A DNA stretch of 64,000 nt from an uncultured Verrucomicrobiae bacterium (GCA_963769025.1 CAVYKI010000003.1:64001-128000), one strand, 5' to 3'. Shown: positions 41,140 to 57,071, counted from the first letter of the stretch. Notes: generated from the letters alone by a model not told the origin. Numbers and translations are program-made.

Positions 41140-44100
41140 ATGAGCAACAGCACCAAGCGTGTGTGCGTCGCCACAGCCGTGGCCGCACTTCAAATCCCCT
41201 ATTTCGCCGGCGCCGCATCGCCGTCGGACCTCGCGCAGCTCGACTTCTTCGAGAAGAAGATCCGCCCCGTTCTCGTCGAGAGTTGCTACGAGTGCCACAG
41301 CGCTGGTGCCAAAAAGCTGAAAGGTGGCCTGTACCTCGATACCGCGGAAGGCATGCTGCAGGGCGGCGACAGCGGCCCTGCGATCGTCCTCGGCAAGCCG
41401 GAGAAGAGCCTGCTGCTGCAGACCATGCGGCACGAGACCAAGGACGAAGACCTCTTCATGCCGCCGAAAAAGGACAAGCTCTCGGATGCCGTCCTCGCGG
41501 ACTTTGCGCAGTGGATCAAAATCGGCGCACCCGACCCGCGCACCGGCAAGTCCCTCGCAAAATCGGCCGCGTGGGATGCCGCGAAGGCGAAGGATCACTG
41601 GGCGTTCAAGAAAATCTCGAACCCGGCCGTCCCAACCCCCGCCGACCCGAAGAAGTTCGTCCAGAATCCCATCGACCGGTTCGTCCTCGCGACGCTGGCC
41701 GAGAAAAAGCTCCAGCCCTCCGCAGAAAGCCGACAAGCACACGCTCATCCGGCGCGTCACGTATGACCTCACCGGCCTCCCGCCGACGCCGCAGGAAGTG
41801 GATGCCTTCCTCGCCGACAATTCGCCGAATGCCTTCGAGAAAGTCGTCGATCGCCTGCTTGCCTCGCCCCGCTACGGCGAGCGCTGGGGCCGGCACTGGC
41901 TCGACATTGCACGTTACGCCGATACCAGCGGCGACCGCCAGGGCGGCAACCGGCGCCAGCCGCTCTACCCCAACGCTTGGACGTATCGCGACTACGTCAT
42001 CGACGCGTTCAACCGCGACCTGCCCTACGATCAGTTCGTCATCGAGCAAATCGCGGCCGACCGGCTCCCCGAGTCCAAGACCGAGAAGTCCAAGCTCGCA
42101 GCGCTCGGCTTCCTCACCGTCGGCAAGCGATTCATGGGCAATGAAAATGACGTGATCGATGACCGCATCGACGTCGTCACGAAAGGCATCATGGGCATCA
42201 CCGGCGCGTGCGCCCGCTGCCACGACCACAAATTCGATCCCATCCCGACGAAGGATTATTACTCGCTCTACGGCGTCTTCACAAGCAGCCAGGAAATCGC
42301 CGACGGCACGACCTTGAACGACCCGGAGAAAAATCCGCACTACAAGGATTTCCAGGCGGAAGTCGCCAAGGTGGAGAAGGAAGTGGATCAATACCGGATC
42401 ACCGAGGCCGCACGCCTCCTCTCCGGAATGCTCGAGAAATCCGGCGACTACATGCTCCTCGCGCATCAGTCGAAGACCACCAGCGACTCGAGGAAAAAGG
42501 GCGGGAACTTCCGCTTTGAAGCGAACAAACAGGGACTGAAGGCAGAACTCGCAGCCATCTGGCTGGACCGCCTGAAAGGCGTGGAATCGGGCAAAAAGAA
42601 CGATCCCGTCTTCGGCCCGTGGGCGAAATTCGCGGCGCTGCCCGCCGACAAGTTTGCCGAGAGCGCGCCGGCTCTCGCGCAGGAAATCGCAGCCTCGACG
42701 GAAGTGACCCCGGCCATCGCAAAGCCGTTCGCCACGAAGGTGCCCGCGTCGCTCAAGGACGTGGCTGCCATCTACACCGACGCATTCGCCACGTTGCACA
42801 AGCAGCTGAAGCTCGGCGAATTCGTCGGCTACAAGGGCGGCGGACGCACCCGCTTTGACATCTCGAAGACGCAGGTGACGCTCCCCGACACCGACATGGA
42901 CGCGCTGCGCAAGCATCTCTACGCGGACAACTCGCCGATACTCCCCGGCGAACAGGACATGGCCCGCGCCCTCGGCAACCAGTTCACGACCCAGCAGAAC
43001 GCCATCCGCAACAAAATCGTGGCGCTCGAACTCACCCACCCCGGCGCGCCAGTGAAGGCGATGTCCGTTATGGATCGCGCGACGCCCCGCGACGCCGCCG
43101 TGCTCGTGCGTGGAGAGCCCCAGAACCGGGGTCCCGTCGTGCCACGTCAGTTCCCGGCCATCCTCTCGGGCGAAAACCGCAAGCCCTTCACCGATGGCAG
43201 CGGCCGCCTCGAAATGGCCAAATTGATCGCGAGCCGCGAGAATCCCCTCACCGCCCGCGTCATTGTGAACCGCGTTTGGCAATGGCACTTCGGCCAGGCG
43301 ATCGTCCGCACCGTCAGCGACTTCGGCACGCGCTCCGAACCGCCCACCCATCCCGAGATGCTCGACTATCTCGCGACCTGGCTCATGGATAACGGCTGGT
43401 CGCTCAAGAAGCTCAACAAGTTCATCGTCATGTCCTCGACCTACCAGCAGGACAGCCGCGCAAATCCCGCCGGCATGAAGGCCGACCCGACCAACCAGTG
43501 GCTCTGGCGCTCAAACATCCAGCGCCTCGACTTCGAGGAAGTGCGCGACTCGCTCCTGACCTTCGGCGCGAAGCTCGACCTCACGATGGGTGGCCAGCCT
43601 TACTCGCTCACCGGGAACCTCGGCGGCGGCAGGGGCCGTTATGCCATGGACCTCGACAGCATGAAAGGCAGCGCAAACCGGCGCACCGTCTACGCGTTCA
43701 TCGACCGCGCGGCACTGCCGGAAATGTTCAACACGTTCGACTTTGCGAACCCCGACATGTCCACCGGCGAGCGCATCATGACCACCGTGCCGCAGCAGGC
43801 GCTCTTCATGATGAACAGCCCCTTCCTCGTCGAGCAGGTGAAGAACATCCTCGCCCGGCCCGAAATCGCCGCCGCGACGACCGACGCGGAAAAAGTGAGC
43901 CTCATCTTCCGCACCCTCTTCCAGCGCGCGCCGCGGCCGGAGGAACTCAGGCTCGCCGAGCAATACCTCACCGCCGAATCACCCGAACCGCAGACCTCCG
44001 AAACGTCCGGCGTCGCCATTGCCCCGCCGGTCGCTCCGAAGGACAAGTTCGTGAAGAAGCCGATCGGCACGCAGATGAAGCCGCTCAGCCAGTGGGAGCG

Positions 44101-44149
44101 CTACACGCAGGTCGTGTTGCTCACGAACGAACTGATCTTCGTGCGCTGA
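41140..44149 (+). CDS. Planctomycete-type cytochrome c plus DUF1549/DUF1553 (PSD1) protein (one frameshift)
   Basis: [53 protein letters not shown]. Confidence 0.92.
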
Positions 44150-44212
44150 CCGAGGGCGCGGTGAAAAATCGCCGCTTCCGTCCGGACCGCGAACTTCGGA
44201 TAACCGCGCATC

Positions 44213-47006
44213 ATGCGCGTCTATCTCCCGTGGAGTTCTCATCTGCTGCCAGCCGTGGCTGCGCGGATGCTCGCCGACCACGCCGCGGAAGCACCTGATT
44301 CACATGACGCCGATCTCGGCGACTGGCTGATCGTCGTGCGTGGTGGTGCCGCCCGCCGGCGCCTGCTCGGCCTGCTCGCAACGGAGGCGCAACGTGCAAA
44401 ACGCGCGCTAATCCCCCCACGCATCACGACGCCAGCGGCGCTGCCCGAAGAACTCTTCGGACGCGCGGAAGGACAGGCAGGCACGCTCGCACAGCAGCTC
44501 GCGTGGGCAACCGCGCTGGAGCGGGTGCCTCAGGAATCACTCTCCCGCGTGTGGAGCACGCCGGAGGGCCCGGACAACGGAGCGGGCCGCCGGAATCTCG
44601 CGAACTTCATGGACCGCACGTGGCGGGACCTTAGCGTGTCCGGGACGGACTTCGCCGGCGCATTTCAAACGCTCGTGCGTCTCGTGCCCGATGTCGCCGA
44701 ACCCGAGGAGCCGCGCTGGCTCGCATTGCAACGCCTTCTCGACGACTACCGCGCCGTCCTCGGCGAGTGGGACCTCGTCGATCCTGCCGCATGGCGTGCC
44801 AGTCTGCTCGCATCGGGCCGGCCGCCGTCGGACCAGCGCGTCGCCATCGTCGGCGTGGTCGAACTCTCCCCGATCCTCGTCTCGCTGATCCGCCTGCTTC
44901 GCACCGAGCCGCGCATCTTCATCCACGCACCGGAATCGGAAGCCGAGGGCTTCGACGAATGGGGTCGGCTGAAACCCGCGTTCTGGTCGCGGCGCGGCTG
45001 CCGCTTTGAGGATGGCGAGATTCATGTCGTCCGCGGCGTCAAAGAGCAGGCCGCACGATGCGCTGAATTGATCCGCTCATGGAAGACCGCCGGTCTCGCG
45101 CCTTCAGCCATCACGATTGCAGTTCCCGAAAGTGCGGCCATGTCCGCGCTCCGGCATGGCATCGCCGATGCGGACATCCCCGTGCGCACCGCGGAAGGCA
45201 TGCCGATCTCGCGCACCTCCGTCCTCATGCTGCTCGCGCAGTTCGCGGACTTTCTGGATCGCGAAAATGACGCGCCTCCGTCCTACGAAAGCGTCGCCGC
45301 GCTCGCGCGTCATCCGGACCTCCGCTTCGCCCGCAGCTCCCTTGCAGAGGAACTCGACGGCTTTTTTGAAAATCATCTCCCTGCTAAAATCGATTCCGCG
45401 CTTTGCACCGCGAAGGAGTCGCAAGTCTCCGAGGCGCTGGATCGCCTCGAAGGGCTGGCCTTGGTCCGCAGCGATCGCTTTGCCGATGATGTCACTCAGC
45501 TCCTGCTCCGCGTTTACGGCGAACGCCAAATCACACCGCACTCCGACACCGACCGCGCGCTGATTCCCGCGTTGGAATCCGTGCGGGCGGCACTCGACGA
45601 ATTCGAGCGGCTTCCTCGCAACACTCTCGCACAATTCCCCGCGGCAGATCTCCTGCGCCTGCTTGTCAAAATCGCCGGCAACGGCGAAGTGCCGGAGCCC
45701 GAGCAGCCGGACGCCGTCGAACTCGCCGGCTGGCTCGAAGCCGCATCGGACGACGCGCCCGCGCTCATCGTCACTTCGGTTTTCGATGGGAGTCTCCCCG
45801 CAGGCGCGCCCACCGAGCCGCTGCTGCTCGATTCGCTGCGCGAAAACCTCGGGCTGCCTTGCCGTGCGAGCCGCTTCGCACGCGACCAATACACGCTGCA
45901 TAGCGTGTGGATGACCCGCCGCGAAAACGGCCGCTTCGCGCTCATCGCGCCGCGCCGCACCGCCGAAGGAACACCCGCCCGACCCAGCCGCCTGCTGCTC
46001 GGCGCCCACGAGGGCCGAGAGCTCGCCACACGCCTCCTCGCACTCCTCGCCGAGGCGCGCGGCACGCCACCGCCACTGCATGCCGTCGCCGGACTCCAGC
46101 CGCCGGAACCGGATCCCGAGGTGATGCGCGCGTTCCGCACATTTCGCGTCACTTCATTCCGCACGTATCTCGCGTCACCGCGGCTGTTCTACTTCCAGCA
46201 CGTCCTCGGACTGCAGGTGCAGGACGACTCTGCCGACGAACTCGACGGCGGCGCCTTCGGCTCCGCGATCCACTCGGTGCTCGAGTTTTTCGGCGAACGC
46301 CACATTGGCACCGCATCGAAAATCTCAGCCGCGGAAATCGAAGGCGAAACCACCGCCGCGCTGCATGACTTCATCCGTCGCCGCTACGGCCTCCATCCGC
46401 TGCCGCCCGTCACCGCGCAGATTCATTCCCTCGAGGAACGGCTCCGCATTTTCGCCGCAGAGCAGGCGCAGCTTTTCGCAGAGGGCTGGGAAATCGCCTA
46501 CGTCGAGAAAGGCGGCGCGGTCGCCGTGCCGTTCGCGGTGCCCGGAGGGCCGCCCGACGTTTCCCTGCGCGGCCGCATCGATCGCGTGGACCGGCACCGG
46601 GACGGGCGCCTCCGTGTGATCGACTACAAGACCTCCTCGAGCGTGAAGCAGCCGACCATTGCCCATTTTTCGCCACAGAAGGACGAATGGCGCGACCTCC
46701 AGCTCCCGCTCTACGTCAAGCTGCTGCCCGCCCTCGGACTGAAGGGAAACATTCCCGACCCCGGCGACGGCCTCGAACTCGTCTATTTCAATTTGCCGCC
46801 GAAGCGCGACGAGGCGCGCATCAGCGATCCATTCGATCCCTCGCTGATTCCCGGGCGCGTGGGAACGTGCCGCGCAAATCATCGCCGAAGTCTGCAGCGG
46901 CACCGGGTGCCGCGAAGTCGGCAGCGTTTCCAGCCATGAAGACCCGGTATTCCACGCGCTCTGCGGACTCAACGGCCTGCCGCTCGCAAACGGGGAGGAG
47001 GAATAG
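44213..47006 (+). CDS. AddB/RexB-like PD-(D/E)XK nuclease subunit
   Basis: Degenerate helicase-like body; C-terminal GRIDRVD, VIDYKT, DLQLPLY; coupled to the helicase gene. Confidence 0.82.
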
Positions 47007-47008
47007 CC

Positions 47009-50000
47009 ATGCCGCTCACCGTCATCCGCGCATCCGCCGGCTCGGGCAAAACTTTCCAGCTCGCGATGTCCTTCATCCGCATCCTGCTCGCAGCAGAAAT
47101 CGCCGGCCAGCCGCAGAATCCTTCCGCGATTCTCGCCACGACTTTCACGCGCGCCGCTGCGGGGGAAATCCTGGATCGCGTCCTGCGCCTCGTCGCCGAG
47201 GCGATGCTTTCAAAGGAGCGCCGCGATTTCCTCGCATCACAGCTCGGGCTTCCGCTTTCCGTCGCGCACTGCGGGCGCCTGCTCTCGGCACTCGCCGCGC
47301 ACGTGGACCGTCTCGCGATCTCCACGATGGATGCGTTCTTCGGGCAAATTTCGAAGGCATTTTCGAGCGACCTCGGCTTCGCGCCGGACTGGACGATGGC
47401 CGTGAACGAGGCCGAAGCCGACCTGCTCCGCCGCACACTCCACGCGCTGCTGAACGCAACGGACCACCGCAGCCTCGGTGCAGCGCTGTGGACTTTCCGC
47501 CGCGGTGTCATCAGCTCCATGCTCGATGCATTGCGCGAACTCGCGCCCGGATTTTCCTCCGCAAGGCAGGAGGAAAACGTGGCTGCAGAATTTGCGGAGC
47601 CCGAACTGCACCGATGGAACAGCGAGGAAGTCGCACCGTCCGCGCGTGCGCTCGCGGATCGTTCCGCATGGATCCCGCGCAACAAGAGCGACCGGAAGCC
47701 GTCGAAAAATTGGGAGACCGCGCTGGACAAAATCGCGGACGCCATACGCCCCGGCGCCGAAGCCGTCGCGCTCATCGGACAGACGCTCGCGCAGAAGATT
47801 CTCTTTGGCGGCGATTACTGCAAACATCCCATCCCGCCCGAACTGCGCGACGCGCTCCTCCCGCTCGCCGAGCGCTCCTCCTCGGCGATGCGCGCACGGC
47901 ACCACGCGCGCGAGGACGCGCTGCGATGGCTCGGCGCGCACTATTCGCGGCACCGACGTGCCGCAAATTATTCCGGCGGCGCCTACACCTTCAGCGACGT
48001 GGCAGCGATGGTCACCTCGGCGGCGCTCGATTGCAGCGATCTCTACTTCCGCCTCGGCACGCGCTATGAGCATGTGCTCTTCGATGAATTTCAGGACACC
48101 AGCCGGCTGCAGTTCCGGTTCTTCCAGCCCATCGTCGAGGAAGTCGGCTCGACGGGCGGCCAAGTGCTCATCGTCGGAGATGAGAAACAGGCGATCTACG
48201 GCTGGCGCGGCAGCGATCGCGCGCTCATGCACGCGCCACTTCGTGAACTCAGCGCACGCATCGGCGACGGCGGCGAGAAGACGCTCGATCAAAGTTTCCG
48301 CTCCAGCCCGGCCGTACTGAAGGCGGTGAACCGGACTTTCACGCGCCTTCTCACTCCCTGGCTCGGCGAGAATGAGAAGGACGGCGAGGTGCTCGAATCC
48401 GCCGGCCGCGAGTGGGCCGCCGCCTTTCCGGAGCACAGGCCGGCGAAGGTCGTGGAAAAACTGCAGGGCCGCGTGCGCGTTTTGAAGGTTCCGAACGAGC
48501 CAGACGGTGACACCGAATCACACAAGCAGGCGCTCGTCGCGAAGGCGCTGGAACTCGTCGGCGGACATCTCGCGGAAGATCCACAACGGAAGATTGCCGT
48601 GCTTCTCCGCAAGAACGCGCTCATGCCGCAACTCATCGCTTCACTCCGCAACGCCCATCCGGACGTGGACGTGAGCGGCGAAGGCGGCAATCCGCTCACC
48701 GATTCGCGCGCGGTGGAGGTCATCCTCGGCGTGCTCACATGGCTCGATCACCCGGGAAGTACGGCCGCGCATCACCTCGTGACCCGGAGCGTCCTGGCGC
48801 CTGTATTCGGCTTCCAAGGTTCAGCCGACTGCGCCGAGGAGGCGACCCTGGCCATCGAACTTCGCCGCCGGATCATGGAGCACGGCTACGCGACGGTGAT
48901 CCGGGAATGGATCCGGCATTCCGCATTTCCCGCAGCGTGCAGCGACCACGACCGCCAGCGCTGCGAGCAATTGCTGGAAGTCGCCCGCGAATTCGACGCG
49001 CAAGGGCCGGGACGGATCTCGGAATTCGTCGCGCATGTCCGCGCGCGACGCATCGAACGGCCCGGCGGCTCAGGCGTGCGCGTGATGACCATCCACGCAT
49101 CGAAGGGCCTGGAGTTTGAGGCCGTGATCCTCGTGGACATCGACGCGCGTCCGGGCGGGCATGGCACGCCCATGCTTCACGATCCCGACGGCACATTTCA
49201 CATCGTGCCCTCCAAGGACCAGGCGCCGCTCATGGGCCTCGAGGAGCTGGTGCAGCGGAACCTCCGCGAAGATTTCATGGAAGAGCTGAGCGTGCTCTAC
49301 GTGGCGATGACACGCGCGCGATCGTTCCTCGACATCGTGCTGCGGGCGGAGGCGAAAGTGCCGGTCGCCGCATTGCTCCGCGCGGCCTTGCTGCCTGTCG
49401 GCGAAGATGGGATCGCGGAGGAATTCGAGGGCGTCTCCTTCCGCGCCAGCCAGGAAGCGCGCGGGGAATCCAATGCCACACCCGGCGGCAACGACCCCGG
49501 CGTGGCGGCGGATGTGGCGGAGCAAAGCGCCCCACTCGCCTCGGCGTTCGGACGCACGGTGCAGATCACGCCCTCCGGTGCGAACGAACGCAGGCACGGT
49601 GAACATCGCGCGCATCCTCTCGACGGCAAACCGCGCAGCGATGCTCCGTGGCGAACTGATCCACGAATGGCTGCGGCAGATCGCGTGGATGGACGACGGA
49701 GCTGCCGGATGCCGAGACATGGATCGCATCCGCTTCGGAAACCGCAAGCGACGTGGATCGCCGTGACATTGCGAAGTGGGCTCGAGGCCTCATCAAGGAA
49801 GCACAGACCGCCGGCACGCGATCTGCACCGGACCTTTACAAGGCCCTCCGCTTCCCCGGGCGAGACCGTCGAGCTTTGGCGGGAGCGCCGTTTCGCGGTC
49901 ATCCGCGAGAACGGCGGGCGCAACGAGGTGATCAGCGGTTCATTCGACCGCGTCGTGCTCTGGCGCGACACGAAGGGCCGCGCCGTCCGCGCGGAGATTA

Positions 50001-50183
50001 CGGATTTCAAGACCGACCGTTTCGATTCCGCAAAGGAACGCGCCCAAGTCGAAGCCCGCTATGCGCCGCAGCTCGAAGCCTACCGCAAGGCCCTCTGCCT
50101 GCTCTGTCCGCGGACTCGATGCCAGCGCGGTTGCAATCTCACTCGTTTTCGTGAGAATCGGCGACGAAGGACACCCTGCGTGA
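47009..50183 (+). CDS. AddA/RecB-like UvrD helicase-nuclease (frameshifts near the 3' end)
   Basis: ASAGSGKT, TFTRAAA, DEFQDT, VGDEKQAIYGWRG, TIHASKGLEF, YVAMTRAR, nuclease DRV...DFKTD...QLEAY. Confidence 0.9.
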
Positions 50184-50242
50184 TTCCTCTCCAACAAAAT
50201 CACCTCGCCGGAAAATGAAGTCAGCTCCCAACCACTCGATCC

Positions 50243-51061
50243 ATGGGTCTTAAGACAAAACTGAGAAAGCTCCTCCGCCGCCGGCAAACCCTCGATCAGG
50301 TCGCCACGCGCGTTGAAGACATGGAGGTCCAGATGCGGCAGTGGATGTCGCTCGCCGAGCTCGAAGTATAAGTTCAGCCTCCCGCCGATTCCCCCGAAGC
50401 CGCTGCAGATCCGGGTGGCCGGGGCGTACTACGCGGCCTTCTTCGATCATGGAAAGGGCATGTTCCACGAGCTCCAGACGATCCTGAAAGGTCACCAGCT
50501 CGATTTCTTTGCGTTCAACGACATCCTCGACTTCGGCTGCGGCTGCGGCCGGTTCATGATCCCGATGAGCTGCATGATGGATCCGAAGAAGCTCAGCGGC
50601 ACCGACATCGACCCCGAGGCGATCGCGTGGATCAACGCCAACTATTCCTGCTTCAAGGACGTCGGCGTGAACGGCCACGAGCCGCCGACCAAATACGCAG
50701 CCGGCACGTTCGATTTCATCTTCAGCGTCAGCATTTTCACGCATCTGCCCGAGGCCATGCAGGACGCATGGCTGAAGGAACTGTCGCGCATCATGAAGCC
50801 GGGTGGCCACGGAATCTTCACCACGCACGGCGAACATACTTTCAGTCTCCTCAAGGAGGACGACCGCACGAAGGTGCGCGACGCGGGCTTTCATTACGGC
50901 GACTTCGGCGCGACCGAGGGGCTGCCGGATTTTTACCAGACGAGCTTCCAGACGACGGATTACGTCCGCCGGGAATGGGCGAAGCACTTCGATGTCCTCG
51001 CGATCTGCGAAAAGGGCATCGGCTCGAATCAGGACGCCGTGCTCGTCCGGAAGCGGCTCAG

Positions 51062-51065
<4 letters not shown>
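50243..51065 (+). CDS. Class I SAM-dependent methyltransferase (5' frameshift)
   Basis: ILDFGCGCGR, GTDID, SVSIFTHL, ELSRIMKPGG. Confidence 0.85.
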
Positions 51066-52515
<1,450 letters not shown>

Positions 52516-52519
52516 GGCG

Positions 52520-55207
52520 TCAGTCGACGTAGAGGAACTGGTTCGAGGTGAGCAGCGCCTGGCAGAAGGTCGCGAGCGCCTGCATCGGCGGCTCGGCGGG
52601 CGGCGCTTCCTTGCCCTTCGCGGGCGGCGGCAGCTTCAGCGGGTTCGCCTGGAAAAGCGCGGTCTGCTTTGCGAGGAACGCGACGGCGTTCTTCACGTCC
52701 GCCTCGGTCGGCGCGCGGCCGAACGCGAGCAGCCACGCGCGCTTCACCTGCGCCTGCACGTCGCTGCCGGCCTCGCTGCACGACGCGCTCGGCGAAATAC
52801 TTCGACTGCGCGAGCGTGAACTCGCCGTTCATCATCGCGAGCGATTGCGGCGCGACGGTCGAGGCGTTGCGCAGTTCGCAGTTCGGCTCCATCCGCGGCA
52901 GGTCGAACGTCTCGAGCATGCCGAGCGGCTTCGCTGCGGCGCATCTGGACGTAGACGCTGCGGCGGAATTCCTCGCCGTTGAGCGGCACAAACTTTCCCG
53001 AGGGCCGGCCCGCGGTGTCGTTGGTGTCCACGCCGACGACGATCTGCCCGTCCTCGTCGCTCATGACCGGCACCGGCGCGCCGAACATCTTCGGGTTCAG
53101 CTTGCCGCTCACGGCGAGCATCGCGTCGCGGATCGTCTCGGCCTCGAGGCGGCGCGACGTTCATGCGGCCGAGCAGCCGGTTGTCGGGGTCGATGCGATC
53201 CTTTTCCGGCGTCGCGCACCGACGACTGCCGGTACGCGGTCGGAGGTGAGGATGAGCCGGTGCAGCTTCTTCAGGCTCCAGCCCTGCGCGACGAATTCGC
53301 TCGCGAGCCAGTCGAGCAGTTCGGGATGCGTCGGCCGTTCGCCGAGGTGCCCGAAGTCGCCGAGCGATGCCGACGATGCCGCGGCCGAAATGATGATGCC
53401 AGACGCGGTTGACGAGCACGCGCGCGGTGAGCGGGTGCTTGCCGTCGGTGAGGCTCTGCGCGAACGCGAGCCGGCGGCCGCTGGTCGGCGAGCGCCGGCG
53501 GATTTTTCCGGGATCGCGCTCGGGTGGAAGGACGCGAGCACGGTGAGCTCGCCGGGCTGCACCTTGTCGCTCCGGCTGCATCGGGTCGCCGCGCTGGAAG
53601 AGGAACGTGGCCGGCAGCGCTTCGCGCCGGCGACCTCGGTCAGCACCGGGATGAATTCCTCGACCGGCTTGCGCTTGCGGATCTCCGCGGCCTGCTCGGT
53701 GAACTTCTTCAGCTCCGCCTCGTGCTTCGTGCCTGTAGGTGCGGTCGTAGAGGTACAGCGAGCCGCCGCTGAGCTGGTTGATCGTCGGGTGCTCCTTCAG
53801 CAGCTTGAGCTGCTCGGGCGTGCGCTTTTTCACCTCGGTGCGATAGGCGGCGCGCAGCGGCTCGCGCACTTCCTCGGGCTTTTTCGTCCAGCTCCCACGT
53901 CGAGCACTTTCTCGATGAACTCGTCCTCCTTCACCTTGCGCTGCGTCGTCGATCGACCTTCGCCTCCTTCTCGACTTCCGCGGCCTTCGCGCGCTCCGCG
54001 TCGGTCATCAGCGAAACGAGCCGCGCCGGCGGGCGCGCGCCAGCTTCTCGGGTCGAACGCCGGCTCGAAGATCGCGCGCAGCCGGTAGTAGTCCGTCTGC
54101 GGGATCGGGATCGTAGCCGGTGGTCGTGGCACTGCGCGCAGCCGACCGTCATGCCGAGCAGCGACGACGAGACGACCTTGATCGTCTCGGCCACGACCGC
54201 GTTGCGCGCGGTCTTCTGTTCGCGCGGCCGGTGCGCCCGCGGTGCCGTCGGGCACCATGCGGAGGAAGCCGGTGGCGGTGAGCTTGTCGACGTGCGTCGG
54301 GCGCGAGGTTCTTGTAGCGGCGGCGTGCACCATCTCGTCGCCGGCGAGTTGCTCGCGGATGAATTGGTCGAACGGCTTGTCCGCGTTGAACGAGCGGATG
54401 ACGTAGTCGCGATACTTGGAAGGCCCACGGGCGCACCGGGTCGGCGTCGGTGTAGCCGTCGGAGTCGGCGTAGCCCGCGACGTCGAGCCAGTGCCGGCCC
54501 CAGCGTTCGCCGTAGTGCGGCGAGGCGAGCAGCGCGGTCGACCAGGCGCTCGTAGGCGTCGGGCGCGTCGTCGGCGAGGAAAAGCGGTCGACCTCCTCCG
54601 GCGTCGGCGGCAGGCCGGTGAGGTCGAGCGTCACGCGGCGGAGCAGCGTCGCCTTGTCCGCCTCGGGGTTGAAGCGAGCCCCTGCCGCTTCGAGCTTCGC
54701 GAGGAGAAACGCATCGATCGGCGTTCGCACGAGTGCGGCGTCTTTCGACCTTCGGCGGATCGTCCGGCGCTTGATCGGCTGGAAGGCCCAGAACTCGCGC
54801 TCTTCCTCGGTGATCCAAATACTTCGGCACCTCCTCGGGTTCGGCGCGCGCCGTCTTCGCGCCCTGCGCGATCCATTGTCTCGAGCACCGCGATCTCTTC
54901 CGGCGGCAGCGGCTTGCCCTTCTCCGGCATCTCACCTTCGCGCACGAGCTGGACCATCTCGCTCTCGTCCGGCTTGCCCGGCACCGAGCACGGGATCGCC
55001 GCCCTCCGTCGTGCCGACCATGAACCGCCGCAGCCGCAGATCCACGCCGCCTTTCAGCTTCTCGCCCTCGCCGTGGCACTGGAAGCAGTGCTTCTTGAGG
55101 ATCGGCCGCACGTCGCGCTCGAACGTCAGGTCCGCCGCCGCGTGCGTCGTTGCCGACGCGGCGGTGAAACAGGCGAGAAATGCGAGGCGGCGAACCGGAT
55201 GAGTCAT
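52520..55207 (-). CDS. Planctomycete-type cytochrome c plus DUF1549/DUF1553 protein (many frameshifts)
   Basis: [51 protein letters not shown]. Confidence 0.88.
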
Positions 55208-55289
55208 GTGGACGGGGATGGAAAACGCAGTGTTGTTGCTAAGTGATTCCATCCACGGCCCGCGCCTTAATTAGAGCGCGTCTTGGTTC

Positions 55290-57071
55290 TCAGACCGTCG
55301 CGACGACGCGAGGTCCCGACTTCTCCAGCGACGCTTCGGTGCCGGTGACGTTCGAGGAGATTCTTTGCCTCGAATTCCTTGCACCAGCCCTTGATCTCCG
55401 TGTCGTTGAAAATCTTCCCGATGACGCGGCGGAGCAGTCCCTTGAGGCTCGCGTTTTCGAGATCGCGCAGGCTGCGGATGGCTTCCTCCTTGTAGCGTTC
55501 GAGCAGGTCGCTGCAGCGCTCGTCGGCCTTCGAGCTCGCGGTAAAGCGGCTCGACTTCGCGCGACGGTCGCGCCCTCGGCAGGCGACGTCCCAAGTGCGC
55601 AGGGCAATTTCGCTTTTCGCACTTCGCCCGCTCGTGCGCCGTGGCGAGCAGGAGGCTCGGGCGCAGCCCGGCGATGTCGTTGGTGTCGCCGGTCGTCGCC
55701 GAGATCGTCGAGGTCATCGCGGATCTGGTAGGCGATGCCGAGCGCCTCGCTGTATTGGTGCAGCGCGTCCTCGACGTCATCAAGACGACCCGCGAGCGCG
55801 GCACCGACCTTGAGTGCGACCTCGAATGCAGGCGCGGTCTTGCTGCGGAAAATCTCGAGCACCTGCGTGTTGCTGAGCGCGACGGGGTTGTTGTTCCAAA
55901 GCAGCTCGGCTCCCTGACCACGGCAAAGCTCGCGCTGCCCCTCGGCGGCGACTTTGAGCGCGGCGGCGCGGATGGTGGATGACAAATCATTGTCGGCAAG
56001 CAGGCGATAGCCTTCGCCGATGAGCAAATCGCCGACGTTCAGCGCGACGGGCACACCGTGCTCCTCGTGCAGCGTGGGCTCGTCGTAGCGCTCGGTGTCG
56101 TTGTCCTCGATGTCGTCGTGAATGAGTGATGCCTTGTGGAAGCACTCGACGGCGATGGCGGCTTTTTTCAGCGAGTCGGACAGCTCGCCTTCCGGATTGT
56201 CGCGCAACGCCTGATAGGCCGCGACGGTGAGAAAGGGCCTCCAGCGCTTGCCCGCGCGCGCCAGCCACTCGCGGCCGATCTCCTCGGTCTGGCCCTGCGG
56301 CTTTCCGAGCACCTGCTCCAGCGCCTCGGCGGTGAACCAGGTCTTCACTTCCTCGTGGAGCGAATTCAAGATTCAAGCGGCGCGTTTTGTCGTCGCTCGT
56401 GAGGTGGATGTAATCCCACACCCAGTCGATATCGACGGTGGTATCGATGCAATCGTCCTGGAGCAAAGGCACCGCGACGGCGGGAATGGCCGCTGCCTCG
56501 ACATACGGGAACGTGCGCTCGAGCACCGGCAGGCACGAGATGCCCACGATCGCCTCGATCTTCCCGGTCTGGATGAGCGACATCACGATCGCGCTGCCTT
56601 CCGCGACGAGCACCGCGTAGCCGAGCTTCTCGGCTTCGTTTTGGAAATCCTGGATCGTGCAAAGACCGCACTGCTTGCAAAGCAGGCCAAACTCATCGAA
56701 CGGCGCCGGGCACTTGCTCTCCACGCGCAGGCACTTCGGCATCAGCAGCAGACGGCGTTCGAAACGGCACGGTGGCCAGAGATTCGCGCCAGAGTTCATT
56801 GCTCAAGAGCACGCCGGTGTAGTCGCGGTAGATGGTCGCGATGCCGAGGTGCTGCACCACGCGGTCCGCATGTTCGGCGAGTTCCGCGAACGGCAGCGGC
56901 GGCGTAGGGCGAATATTCGGCGACGTAATTTCGCACCGCGTGGAGAATCTGCGTCCGTTCCTCCGGCGTCTGCGGGATGTTCTTCTTCGGCTGACGAAAG
57001 CGCACGGGCGCGATGGGCTTCGGAAGGCTGAGGGAAATGGGGGACACCTCTTTGCGGGGCAATTCGGACAT
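55290..57071 (-). CDS. Polyprenyl diphosphate synthase with N-terminal DUF116-like Cys-rich domain (frameshifted)
   Basis: RLLLMPKCLR...C...CKQCGLC, GISC; then GKRWRP, SLIHDDIED, KT, YQIRDDLDD. Confidence 0.85.

Noticed and set aside
44213..50183. Nuclease plus helicase pair as a novel defence system
   Set aside because: Gene order, sizes and motifs fit housekeeping AddAB recombination genes.
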